Assembly: GCF_006345805.1 (NCBI RefSeq)
Contig: NC_043000.1
Location: 162,626,001-162,690,000, forward strand
Reading direction: 5' to 3'
DNA from: Octopus sinensis
Lineage: Eukaryota
Length of the DNA: 64,000 nt
The notes beneath the pieces were generated by a model. It was not told where the DNA came from, did not search any database, and saw nothing but the letters and a program-made list of their open reading frames with translations. Both the position numbers and the translations under genes were made by a program. Positions within the stretch are counted from its first letter, which is position 1. Every line of letters starts with the position of its first letter. Positions 23,246 to 36,794 of this stretch are shown here, piece after piece.

Positions 23246-24052
23246 ATAAGGGGTAAAATTAATTAATAAATTAATAATTAATAATTTTACCAATAGTTCG
23301 GTATGTTAAAAGAACCATTATCGGTAACCTTATACAAAAATTCTATAATTATGAGTATAATTATAATTAGGGTTCAGCAAAAATTGCTTCACCACATACC
23401 GAAATTTAAAAATAGCAGTTAAATACTATTCCACTACCATAAGATATCTCCCAGACAGCAATACTCTTTTTTGTCTTTACCTGCGTGAGTTGGCAGTATA
23501 AAGTTACCGATAATGGTTCTTTTAACATACCGAACTACTTGGTAAAATTATCAATTATTAATTTATTAATTAATTTTACTCTTTATTCTTATTAATAATA
23601 TAATTCACTCGATGATAGTAAATTGCAATTTCTGAGGGATTACTCGTAGCTCCACGTGGGTGACTGGGGAAGAGTGCGAGTTCTCACTCGTCTGTATAAG
23701 TTCGGAAATACTGGGTTTTGGGATATTGTCTATTCGATAGCGCTTGATCGAATGAGTATTTTAATTATTAGTACTCTCAAATTTATAATTGAAATACTAT
23801 ACTGAAGACGAGAATAAGTGAGTAAAAATAAAATCTTACATCTCTTTAATCCAGAAACGCGTATATAGTTGATCAAAGCCAGGTGGATTCGTTATTTTTT
23901 TCTCTTTACCTGCGTGAGTTGGGAGTATTTCTGTCTGGGAGATATCTTATAGTAGTGGAATAGTATTTAACTGCTATTTCTAAATTTCGGTATGTGGTGA
24001 AGCAATTTTGCTGAACCTTAATTATAATTATGCTTATAATTATAGAATTTAT
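23246..24052. mobile_element. HHR-bearing element with inverted arms in (TA)n (unit roughly 560 bp, estimated)
   Basis: 23250-23330 is inverted at ~23503-23581, and 23340-23465 is inverted at ~23925-24050. TCTTTACCTGCGTGAGTTGG is repeated directly at 23474 and 23903. Confidence 0.85.
23796..23869 (+). ncRNA. Type I hammerhead with CGCG palindromic tetraloop; predicted cleavage after 23863
   Basis: ACTATA-CTGAAGA-[45 nt]-GAAA-CGCG-TA-TATAGT. Stem I is a perfect 6 bp; the base of stem II is mismatched. Confidence 0.7.
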
Positions 24053-24940
24053 ATATATATATATATATATATGCAACTGCCGTCTATCAGTTTCCGTCTA
24101 TCAAAGCTTTGATTTGCCCGGGGCTATAATAGAAGACAATTTACTCAAGTAACTGAACCGAAGAAGTAGGGAAAAAAAGAACAAACCTGAAAGTAATTTA
24201 CAATAGCATTATGCTAGCTAATTTAAAGCGATAAAATCTCAAATGCAAAAATAAATAAATAAAATTTAAAAAAATAGAAATCAGACTATCAAACGTATGA
24301 AATAGAACACTTAACAGAAAGAATACAAAACGAAAAGTCAGGAAACAAAAAACAAGCAAAGGTGAAATACTGAAAATGTAAATGAAGATTTATCCAATAA
24401 TTACAAGACGAAAGTAAATAGCAAAATATAATAAAACCCGTCCAAGACACACCCAACGAATACTTAAAATATCAATAAAAACAGATATGAGAAATATTTA
24501 ACCATATTTTAATAGATTTTCCTACGGATGAACGGAAATACCTCCCAAGGATAGTAATGAACGATACGACAGCAATGTCAATAAAGAGAAACCGGTAATC
24601 ATAAACGTATTGAAAATTACATAAACATCCATATAACTAGGTTAATATGAAATGGTGTATGCATAAGTGATTGTAGTTACAAAGGTAAGTAGTTACATCT
24701 TTATATTTGCACTTATTACCAAAAGCAGAAGTAAAGAAAATAGAACAAAACAATAAAAACAAATTGAAAATTAGAGATTGCTTAATCATTAACAAAATCA
24801 ATAGTGAAATGATATTGATATGAGAAAAAGAAACAACGGCAAATATAATAGACATATATCATGCTAGAAAAGAGACGACCAAAATGAAAGAACACTTGAA
24901 ACAAGTAATCCTCGCTAAACAGTGGAGAATCTGACGTTTG

Positions 24941-25066
24941 CTTCCCAACCACATAGTTTCGGTTTCAGTCACACACTGCATAACTCCTTGGACAAGTGTC
25001 TTCTTCTGTAGCCCCGGGGCGACCAAGGTCTTATGACTGGATTTGTTAGATGGAAATTGAAAGAAG

Positions 25067-25069
<3 letters not shown>
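24941..25069 (+). mobile_element. tRNA-derived SINE with CORE-like box
   Basis: CCTTGGACAAGTGTCTTCTTCTGTAGCCCCGGGGCGACCAAGG...GGAAATTGAAAGAAGCC. Inverted fragment at ~24075-24150. Confidence 0.65.
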
Positions 25070-25105
<36 letters not shown>

Positions 25106-25176
25106 GCACATATAAACACACAGACACAGACACAGACACGCAAACACGCACACGCGCGCGCGCACGCACATATTTT

Positions 25177-25390
25177 CAGGGTCGACCAAAAGTCACCTGA
25201 CAATAAATCAAAATTCCATAAATGCTATCAGTAATTCTATATTGTACAAAAAGGACTTCCGTTTGAACAATTTTCGTGATGTTTCATATTTAGATGCTTT
25301 CATTACATTAATTCCGTTGTTAAACATAAATAAATCTTGGAATTAAAAGGTTTTGATATGCTGTCAGGTGACTTTTGGCCAATCTTTTTA
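25177..25390. mobile_element. Tc1/mariner-type MITE
   Basis: TIR-like CAGGGTCGACCAAAAGTCACCTGACA ... TGTCAGGTGACTTTTGGCC. Confidence 0.65.
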
Positions 25391-25439
25391 TACATCTATG
25401 TGTGCGCGCGTGCGTATGTCTTTGTTTCTCCTTCCTCAT

Positions 25440-25630
25440 CCCTACGACATCTCTTGGCAACAGGTGTTGTTTCGTTTACGCCCCTGTAACTTAGCGGTTC
25501 GGCAAAATTAACTGACAGAATAAGCACCCGGTTTTGAAATGTCCTAGGGTGTATTCGTTCAACTAAAGAATTCTTCAAGGTGACACCCTGCATGGATGCA
25601 GTCTAATGACTGAAACAAACAAAAGATAGA
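25440..25630 (+). mobile_element. SINE body and tail (second family)
   Basis: CCCCTGTAACTTAGCGGTTCGGCAAAA...GCAGTCTAATGACTGAAACAAAC tail; the same tail recurs at ~48735. Confidence 0.65.
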
Positions 25631-28600
25631 AGATAATATACAAAACGACGATGAGTCTTGGGAAAAAAGAAAAAGGAAACAATTCGTCTACAAATCTGAA
25701 AAAGTACCAAAGAAAAGATATAGAAAAATAGAAATTATTGCAGCACCAACAACACGAGAAGGATTTTGGCTCGGCCTACGAGAAGCCATGGAAACCATAT
25801 GAACGAGATTGTTCAAAATAACGAGTACGATAAAAATTGTGCGCTGTTATTACAATTACAAAATAAGACGTTGTAAAAACAAGCAATATTGCAAATTTAA
25901 AATAATTAACTTGAATCCTAAGAAGTTAGCAGACATACAATAACATAGGAGCAGAGGTGAACACAATGACTGCCTGGCGAACCGACAGCAGGACCATTTT
26001 AATTCTCTTTTCCAAAACAGTAAACCCAGTTTGTAAATATTGCAGGCCTTCTGCTTGCTTTATTTAAAATCGTATCCTAGAGAATAAATAAACATTTATT
26101 TCCAAAATAGTAGAACAATGTTTGTGGGGCCCGGACGGCTGCGAAAAATAAAATCACATATATTGTTACAGATTTAGGCACGAATCGAACTGTTTTGAAA
26201 AAAGACGATTGCTCGATATCGTGGACTCTACTACTTCACTGGTACTTTCATTTATTGACTTTGGAAGAATGAAAGACAAAGTTGGCCATGGCGAGATTCG
26301 AGCTCGGAACGTATTTAGCCAGAAGAAAAAACACAAAGCACATTTTTTACGACGTTCTGTTAATTCTAGAAGCTCTCTGCCTTAAGGCACTTAAATATAT
26401 AAAAAGACAACCTTATTCTAGTTATCGCACAGGCACATCGAGTGCTACTCTGCATATAAAAACGTTTCATTATAGATATAAATATTGAGTGCTTATTTTC
26501 AATCGTTCCATTTCTATAAATAAATCCTTAAATAATTTAGTCATTAATTGGTTAAATAATTAATTTCTTTCATTGAACAATTCATTACGTTCTTGTTGTT
26601 AATGAGTGGATCTTAATCTTATGACACAACTCATGTATTAAATACAGAATATCCGTTGCCCACTCCTTTCTTCTGTTGGTGTAAGATTATGAAGGTCTGT
26701 GATGATTTTACTTCATTCGTAAACACTTCATATTTTCTTGTTCCGCTCATCTTATAACAAAATAGGAAATTACATATCATTAACGCAGCGTTGATAACAT
26801 TTATCTCTTTCTAGTATTAGTGAGTAATATTCAATGAAGCGATTTCGACCGTATATCGAAACAATGCAGTAGACTTAATCCACCTGGCGCCTAGCTTGTA
26901 GTCTACTGAGTTCATTGGCTTTTGTTTGATTTTGAAATGTAATTTAATCCCGCGAGAATTAAATCTGATTTTCTCCTTTCAGACGACAGTAACTACATAG
27001 CGGTGAAATAAAATGATATTTGATACACTTGGAAAGGTCACTTCAACCGATTCCGAATATGTAGTGACATGGTACGGTTGTGATTTCACGTTACATTCAA
27101 CATATATGGTTTCGACCCCGCCCCATAAAACCAACTGAGTTGTCTAATCAATAGATCATTATATAATTATGTAATTAAATGCTTATAGGAAGTATTGTAA
27201 TACCACTGCGGAATTCAGTAGGGAAATTATTTTTTATTCTAAATTTAATTCGCTTTATTCTCTTCCTAACCGTAGTTGCAAATAGGAATCATTATGGCGA
27301 ACTCATTATTATCATTAACTTCCCTGCTTTTGCAGCAAAGTAAAAACAAAATTTATAACAGTTAAGAGCTGTATGAGGTTAAAGAAATACTAGACACAAC
27401 AAAATGCGGAACTAAATTACCTGAGTTATTTAGTTTTCTTTTTTCTTTAGTTCTGATTTCAAACCTTCCTATTTTGACTTTATCTTCGGTTTTTATGAAG
27501 CCGGTAACTGGCAGCGAATTATTGACCAAATGCGTTACTTCGAAAATTGTTGTCTTTATGCACACAGAGATATCGTTATAAAGAGTCTTCTGCAAAAGGG
27601 GAAGAATTTGGTGGGTTCCTTTGTGTGTCAGAAAAATTATACCTTACGATATTTCATCCGACTCTTTGCGTTTTGAAATGAAATCCTACCGAGGTCAATT
27701 TAGCTTTTAATATTTCAGGGATCCTATAACCTAATGCACCAATCAATTGCTGGTGATATCGACTAATCCCACTTCCTTTCAAATTCATGCCCTTGAGCCT
27801 AAATAAGAAACACTTAAGAAGTTCGTAAGTCTAGTTTAATATACGGAAGTACTAAGTAGATTCACTTGACTGTATTCTAGCCCTTGAAATATATGCTATT
27901 GTATAGAATTGTTATTGTTGTTTGGGATGTAATTCAGATTCAGCCGAGGTAGATTTTGCCTTCCATCCTATCGGGGTCAATAAAATAAATATCTGTTGAG
28001 AATTTTGGTCGATGTAATCAACTTAACCACTCCGTTGAAATTGCTGTCCTGAGCCAAATGTTGAAACCGTTATTTGAGATATGAACGAAATCATTACTAT
28101 TTGAGATATGGAAATCGATCAAAGAAAGTCGATCCATAACCATATAACCACATCTTGTTTTTGTTTTTATTTTAGAAGCTGCATTGTCTAGTGAGTTCTT
28201 TTTTTAAAGAAAAGATGTAATTTGATTTGAGGGTGATTCGGCTGCTACTTCTATAAGGCTGAGCGACCACATAGAGTCTTCGTCCTCGGCTCGCGAGTTT
28301 TTTCTCTTTTTTTTCTTTTTGTCATTGCTCTTTAACTTGGATAGGGTGTCAAAATCAGAACTATTTCGACGTATATTGATCTAGATAACCCATTTCTGAA
28401 GAGTTTTTAACTTTGTCACATTGGTTTAAAAGGATTCAAATATTGCTGCAATCTAATCATATTCATACGCATGGGGCTGTAAGCTTACTTCAGCAGTATG
28501 GACTTACGTGCGTTTGGAACCTATTGCACACAGAGAGAACGAAGGATTGTTGTACGATTTGTGCAACAAACAAAGTGAACCTCGGTAATAAATGAATTGT

Positions 28601-28699
28601 ACTTCGAATCCTTATATCTTCCTCATCACAAATTATCCTTTAAAACATGATATCAGTAACATTAAAATGAATGAAATGAAGTTAGGAATGGAAGACCGA

Positions 28700-29048
28700 T
28701 CAATTTTCATACGGGGTCATATGGCCCTGGCGGTCCATGTAAAACTTTGGAGGGTCCACACAATAAAATAGCAAATTGGCGATCCACGATATTATTTTAA
28801 GGTCTCCTGAAAAAATTTGCTTTAGATGTATGTATTGATATATATTGCGAGAAACAGCTAGGTTTCTTTCTCTAACGTTTTACATAGTTCAACTAACACA
28901 AGTTAATGCGTGAAATATCAAAATAGGAATTTTGAAAGACGTTTCCATAAAACTAGTTTTGAAACATCATACGGTTATAGGGGTCCACCAGAGCAAAATA
29001 GTAATCAGAGGAATCCATAGATAAAAAACACATGGTTAAGAACCCCTG
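28700..29048. mobile_element. hAT-type non-autonomous fragment
   Basis: The right end GGTTAAGAACCCCTG resembles a hAT TIR. The left TIR is not recognisable. Confidence 0.45.
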
Positions 29049-31909
29049 TTGTGAAGCTTCTATATTCAGAGGAATAACTGTAAAATATTTCCCTCTTGTC
29101 TACATATATAAGCTATATTTACTCAACAAGCGTGACAGCGGCGACACTGTCAATCCGCCTGTTAGAAATATCAAGCCAACTTTCTCTCGGATTTTCTTTA
29201 AAAAGACACATCATATAATGTAGTCCAAACGTGTATATATTGTATGTAAAATGGATGAGATGGTGTCATGGCTGGAACGCTTTTTGATCATAAATCGGTA
29301 AGACTAGCGCAGACTATTTGTTAAATGACAAGAAGTAACAGCAGTCAAGAATGTTGTTTCAATATAATCAACATCTCTATTGTCAAGAGATCGTCTGTTT
29401 GTAAAACATCGTTTGACCTACGAGGGAGAATATTTTGGCAGTAGAATATAATACTTTAATATATAATACTTCTATTAGAAGTATATGAAGGATGTGAACT
29501 GAACGTCGATGCAAACTGACATTTTACAATAAGTAGAGGTCAGATTACACCTTAGACATTCGCGAAAAATGAATATAAACAAAAAAGACATTTCGAGAAA
29601 ATGTCTTTTATAAATGTCAAAGATAAACATAAGATGAAATTAATGAGCAAATTGTGTCAGTTTTCTCTGATATAATTTTCCAAAATTATATCATATATTT
29701 GTTCTCAAATTGTATCTAATTGCATATCTTACCAATAAAACCATTCAAAATTTACGGGTTACATCTTTCCCAGCCAAAAGACAAGAAATTTATTGTCCGT
29801 TATTTGAGAGAATATATAAAAATATTATTTTATTACGTTAGCTAACATTCGCTTCATATTCAAGATGTCATAATACGATATATCATCAAAACTGGTATCT
29901 GCTTTCTTTCTCAGAACTACAGACAAAACAACTATCATCAGCCTACCTACTTGAAATTATGTCCCTAAGGTAGAATGCAGCAAATGGAATATTGAGTTGA
30001 TAAGCGTATTTGTGAGGGTGGACAATTGAAAAGGAACCACAAATTGAACCGAGATGTTGGTGCTTCGCTTTTTGTCACAACTATCTGCAGCATTTCCGTG
30101 GTTGTATAACTGGCTTCTGTGAGCAGTGGAAGCATTGTATTAGTTGAAAAGAAGCGTCATGCTAATTTACAGAAACGTAAAGTTTCACAAAAACATTCCT
30201 AAAAACAGTAGCATGCCGACTTAAATAACTTATAGCATTTATTTTCACCATTTTTGGTGCAAAATACCAAAATTTCTGATAGTAATTCTTACCATTCAAC
30301 GTGTAGATAAAATAAGGACTAGAAATACCGGCACTTATCATATTTAACTTTCGCCCATACGTAATATAAATCTGTTGTTGAAACCGCCCGTATGAGGGTT
30401 TTATTGATCCCTCATGTCTAAGTTCGGTAGTTTCCTAGCATATCGCACTAACTAGATGGGACTCTTTCTGTTTCATACCCTGTCAACTCTACTGTTCCCG
30501 ATCTCACATCGAAACAATATCATCGCATGAAGCTCAATTAACTGTGAGCGGCAATCAACTAGAACTCTCACAATCTTTCGAAATATTAGTCCTCACAATT
30601 TGCAGGGATCTCTGTGGGCGAAAGCGCATCTTTAACATAACAGAACATACCAAAAACTGTCTATTCTCTCTAGAGCCAAAAAAATATTTTAACATCCAAG
30701 ATTTACTGACGCTTAATAAAGCACAGGTGAGGCACTCAGAGAAGTATTGCTCTAATATGTAAGGTGAGAGGCTCTACTGCTGTACTCACAAATATACTAG
30801 ATCGCATCCTGACACAGATCATATGACTAATTCATATAGAATCACTCATGGACACGAACTGGCCTTTGACCCAGTGTATGTTGCTTTGCTTTTCTGCTTT
30901 CGGTTTACTAGCATAATTGTTTCTACTTCTTGGACACGGTTAGTCTCCTACCTCTACTCAGAAATTGTCACCTCGTTCATTTTCCCTCCATTCTTTGCCC
31001 ATCATGTGTCCAAGCATGCCAAACCCTGCATTAACCGCTACGCCCTCTATTTCTTCCACTGAACTTCATCCCTCTTCTGTCACCTTCTCGCTTTCATCTT
31101 TTTTTTGCAGATGTCGACATTTAGTAGTTTAAGTGGATCATTAACGACATCAGTCTCTGAAGACTTGTATGGACCATGTTCCCTGTCTCTTTCTCCAGAC
31201 CCAGCAAGTAAAATAAAATTATTAGGTTTTGCCTACAAGTAAAGACCTTAGCATGTGAAGGGACCGTCCCTCTTAACACAGTCTATTATGTTGTATTTAA
31301 TCTTGTTTTTGTTGTTTAGCTCTACGTCAGCCCTTATTGAGAATATCTCTAATCTAAAACATTCATCGGTGGCCACCTCAACTTGTATTTAGATATATTG
31401 CCTCTAGAACTAAATATCTAATTTGTTCTGAGGGAAACTGATTTGTTTATTTTTAGTTATTTTGCCCGACAGTTTGCGAACAATCGTGTCCTTGGTTACA
31501 GGTCTTCAGCGGAATAATCACTCGTTCATGATATTTCTGATGGTGTATACGAAAACTGGAGGCGTATAGACATTCGCACATTAACTATATTTCAAATTCA
31601 ATGAAAACGGTATTCGTCATTCCGAGCAAATTTTTAAAAAACTTGTCCAAGGTAACGTACTGAACTGAAACATTCAACAATACGATTAAGATACATAAAA
31701 TATATGCAAAAGGGCAGTATGAAAATCTTTGACCAATGCATTGCTAAATTAGTGTTTGCTTGGACGTAAAGAACAACAACAAAGACCAACATTTATACGA
31801 GAAGCATGAGAGAAAAGGAATCAATAAAAGTAAACCACTAAAACTTCGATGATAGAGCAGGATCGAAACAAAAGCCAAGCAGTTTTGAAGAGAATTTCTT
31901 AACCCCAAA

Positions 31910-32129
31910 GCCATATTGGGGCTACACACAGAGGGTACAAACAAGGACAGATAAACGAATTAAGTCGATTATATCGACCCCAGTGCGTAACTGGTACTTA
32001 TTTAATCGATCCCGAAAGGATGAAAGGCAAAGTCGACCTCGCGGAATTTGAACTCAGAACGTAACGGCAGACGAAATATGGCTACGCATTTCGCCCTGCG
32101 TACTAACAATTCTCCCAGCTATCCGCCTT
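31910..32129 (-). mobile_element. SINE (dominant family), near full length
   Basis: Same core and tail as 2011-2240. Confidence 0.85.
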
Positions 32130-32879
32130 ACAGTGCCATATTTTCAATTTCCCTGCGGCAATATTAAAATTTCAAATGGCAGTATTCCTTTTTTTCATTT
32201 TTATTATATTATTCTTGTTCGTGATGTTGCACGTGTATGTTCTTATTTAAGTAACATAACACTTGACAAATTCTTAGCAAATTTCACGGCTTGAAACTCG
32301 GACATAATATAGGTTTCCTTCATTTGTGCCCCTAAGTGGAAATTTATATTCCAAACAGATGGTGTAAACTGAAGTTTATTTGCCTGTTTTGGGGTTTTTT
32401 TACTAATAGTGGCAAGATGATTTACAGTGGGAACATATGTCTAACTTTATGGGAAAAAATTGGATTAGTTGATTGAATTTCCCCAAAGATTCGGAAAAGT
32501 TGGATAAAACTTAAATTAAACTTATACATATATATTTACTTACACTCCCATAAATGTGTGTATATATATATGTATATGCTCAGACACGTATATCCAGATA
32601 CATATATACACACATGCATACTGTCCTCCCCCACATATATATAGAGAGAGATAGAGACAGACAGACAGAGTCGCATATATGTATTTATGTATCTGTGTAT
32701 AGGAATGCTGCGTGTGTGTGAGCATAGATATGCATACATATACATATAGACATACATATGCATTCATATTCATGTACATATTAACACAAATACAAATGTA
32801 GGGGTAAAGCCACACTCAGCCATCTACACACACCAACTTGTGTGTACATACACATATGTATTTGTGTATGTATATGCAT

Positions 32880-33105
32880 ACACACACACATACATACATA
32901 CATACATACATACATACATACATACATACATACATACATACACATACATACATACATACATACATACATACATACATACACATACATACATACACACATA
33001 CATACATACATACATACATACATACATACATACATACATACATACATACATACATACATACATACATACATACATACATACATACATACATACATACATA
33101 CATAC
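32880..33105. repeat. (CATA)n microsatellite
   Basis: Direct inspection. Confidence 0.95.
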
Positions 33106-33923
33106 AAACAAACAAACAAACACAGGCATATATATAAACATTTGAATACATAGAGGTACTTCCTTAGAGTTTTGCACATCTGAACACAGACGGCACCACC
33201 TATATGGATAGAAGTAAATGTGTGCGGGTGGGAAAGATATAAAAGTGCAGATGGTTAAGGGTGTACGTGTAAGTGTGTGCGGGTGGGAAAGATATAAAAG
33301 TGCAGAGGGTTAAGGGTGTACGTGAAGTGTGTAGCGGGGCTTGAGGTTGGGGACGCATGTAATCATACAGACCAAGTTACGCATTAACATAGACGTGGAG
33401 AAACCAACACGGATCCTAATAGATCGAGAGTTGATGTGCCGGGAACATAGAACCATACATCATTTAGTAAGACAGTGGAATGTATATATATATAGGAAGG
33501 GTGTAAGTTTGGGGACAGACGAAGGCATACGAACTTGCGTAGCATTTGAATGCGTTTGGGAATGTAGTGGATGAGAGCTTCATGTGATGCTTGTATGGAT
33601 TGTTAGGATGGACTAATTAGGCAAACATACATTTGCTCTCTGCTAGAAGTGATAATTAGAAATTTGAACGTCATTCATGGAGATTTATATATATTATAGC
33701 TCTGTTGTTTGCTATATTTTCCCCCCAGGCTTCTTTTGGGTGGTGGGGTACTAATGAAAATAGTTCAGTACAAATGCTCTTTGTTGTCAGTGTAAGGGGT
33801 TTGCGTGGGGAAGAATATCGTTTCCAATAGAGTCGTGAAGCTGTGCTTATAGGTTTGTGGCTCCCTTCGCTATGAATATTTTAAAATTTTATTATTTTTT
33901 ACTGTATCATTTATTGCTAATTT

Positions 33924-34089
33924 ATAGTTCGGTGCTAAGCACAATTATGAGGTTTAGGCAGTGTTTTTATCTATAGTATATATTTGATTTATGAAATACT
34001 ATGCGATACATCTCGCATAGCATCACATAAATCAAAACATAGATAAAAACACTGCCAAAACCTCCCAAATGTGCTTAGCATCCAACTAT
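33924..34089. repeat. ~165-bp imperfect palindrome (MITE-like)
   Basis: TGCTAAGCACA...GGCAGTGTTTTTATCTAT...CTATGCGA/TCGCATAG...ATAGATAAAAACACTGCC...TGTGCTTAGCA. Confidence 0.8.
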
Positions 34090-36099
34090 GTATTTCAATA
34101 GGATTTATATTTGATAGATTTGTTGTGCTATATTTGTGTTTATATCTGCTGTTGAGTATTGTTTTGTTCTGTAATTTTTCTTATACAGTGATACGTTTGT
34201 GGAGGATTATCGAAATGTTCTCTTCTCCGTAGGGACTTTAATCTCTGACATATCACATCTATATGGGTTTCACTGTTTTCGTTTAAGTACTGACATTGAC
34301 TTATGTCTCTGAAACGCGATGTACCTGTTATTTCTACTGTTTTGCATATTAAATCCGAGGGCAAAATTGTTTCTAAGTCTCCTTTCGATTTCTCTACAAT
34401 ATCTCATTTGTCCATTGGAGACAACTGATTCGTATATTGTAAGCTGATACAGTGTTATCATTTTCTTTTCCATCGCAGTCACGTAGACCAACTCACAAGC
34501 AAACCCTGAGAGGAAACGTATGACTAATTTATGTTGTTCCTTATATAAAGTACTTTGAGAAGATCAGTTAAATTTCCTTCTGTTGCGAAGTACTAAAAGA
34601 AACATACAGATTTAAACAAACGCTTAACAGCCAGTGAATACAAATGCCATACAACAGGTACATCAGAACAGGAAAACTATTAAGATACACAAAGCACATA
34701 TAAAATATATTACGTGAAGAAAATACATACCTAATAAAATAGATGAACAGGTTAAAAATAAACTTCATAACAGAACACAAAATGCATTTCATCAAACCAT
34801 ACATGTTATTGTATAACTTATTCTGTATGATTATACGCGTCCCCTACATCCTCCACAAAAAACACATATTGCCTACAGCAGACCCAAAGTACCTCCCCTT
34901 TAAAAGTCCTGCCTGGGGCGGACTGCCTTATCACCCCCAACCCCCACTAAATACGCTAGGAATAAGTAAACATTGCTGGATATTATACTCGTAATCTGCA
35001 GAAGTTTGCGAGAAAATAAGCGATTGATGAGGGGACTAATACTCAGATAGCATATAATAATCTAAAAGTGAAATATAAATCAGACCATGGTAAAAAAAAA
35101 GGCATTCTGGTGGTAATGTTTACTCCAATCAAACATCCAAATCACATCATCCAGACGGGTGCCAATGAATGCCTACATTGTGTTTAAATTTAGATATTCT
35201 AATCTTACTAACAAACTAGAAGAAACTCGGCAAAATATGAAAACTGCTTTGATAAAACCAGAATATTTATCTTATAATAATTCTATTCATTAACGCTTTC
35301 ATGTGATTAGTTGAAGGGAAAGAGCGGAGAAAGAAAAAGAGGATAAGGCGAAGAATAAGAGGATAAGAGGAAGAAATTAAAAGAGGGAGAGAGAAGCATC
35401 CATGAAGAGAGGAAGGAGGAATGGAAAATTTATGACGTGGTTTAAAAAGTTAGTTGAAAATAGAAGAGGAGAGTTAAAATTATAATTTTAGCAGAGGGGT
35501 GATATTCTGATGGTGAGGTTAAAGAAAAGCAGAGAGAGGGGGGAAAGAGAGAGGAGAGAGAGAGAGGAGAGATGAGGGAGAGAGGGGAGAGAGAGAGAGA
35601 TGTTGATAATGGTGCAGATGGAGATGGTGGTGAGAGAATTGTGAAAAGTGTATTTTTTAAAATTGAACTAAGTTTTTTATATCACCCATCACGTAACGCA
35701 TGTGCAAAAGTGCAATTCCGGGAAATATTCACGTTCATTTATGTGGTAGATATATACACGGGATATTCTTTTATGGGGAAAATGGAAAAATAAGACTGAA
35801 TATTTATTTTATAAGTGTTGTGTCTATAAAATTGTGCATAAAGAATATAAAGTGTATATATAAAGTGCATTAAGAAATCATCCAATTTCTTTCACTTTTC
35901 AATGAATAGCAGATGAGCGACTATTTTTCCATCAAATACCTCGCAGGATACGCTTTCAGGCTTTTTGGATAAAGTTTTCAGTAATAACCCAATAGGTCTA
36001 CTATTAATTCCATAAGATATTCGCGGCTCCCGCTAGTTTATAAATATATATCATCATTATCAATGCGTCGTCTGTAGACAAACACCATCGATGATTTCA

Positions 36100-36560
36100 C
36101 TCCTGAATTTCCACTCTGGCATTGCTCTTGGTAGGTTGCTTTCCAGTAGAAGGGAGCCTTCACCCAGTTGGTCTATAAATGTACTGGCAGGAGGACCCTA
36201 CGTCGCTTCGTGTCGATTTGACACCTTCGATGAGTAGCCTTAATGTTGTATCTGTGCTTTTGTTCTACTTTTCCGAAATTCATTTTGTTGCTTACGTAGA
36301 AACGGATCAACACGAGGCCTTATTTTGTTCAGGAGGATTCGCTACAGTCTCCTGTAGATGCTAAGTTATTTTTCTTCTGAAACAGTTATCTGTTTCCCTG
36401 TCTCTGTAAACTTACTAGATTTTCATCATATACTTTATTGCACATCTCTTGGAATTGCTCACTTAAACAGCTAGTTTTCCAAACTTCAGCCAACGTCTCA
36501 TCAAGTTCCGGAGATTTGTTGTTCTTAGATAGTAAGTTTCAGATGCTAAATACAGACGAA
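36100..36560 (-). mobile_element. Degenerate LINE RT fragment (RTE-like)
   Basis: KNNKSPELDETLAEVWKT; ILLNKIRPRVDPFLRKQQNEFRKSRT. Confidence 0.65.
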
Positions 36561-36737
36561 CAACTAGTATGACTACCAACAGCTAACAACCTGGCCCAAC
36601 ATTGACCGTACTTCACTCTTTCTGTTAATATGAAAATTGTCATCCTTTATCTCAAACCATAAATACGATCCAAACAGCTCTCCGTATTCATGTAGCATCA
36701 CGAATATTCGTGTGTGCTTACAAATGATTTTCTCTCC

Positions 36738-36794
<57 letters not shown>

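Noticed and set aside
33330-33600. Possible PLE or LINE coding relic on the minus strand
   Set aside because: Motifs are too weak to assign.
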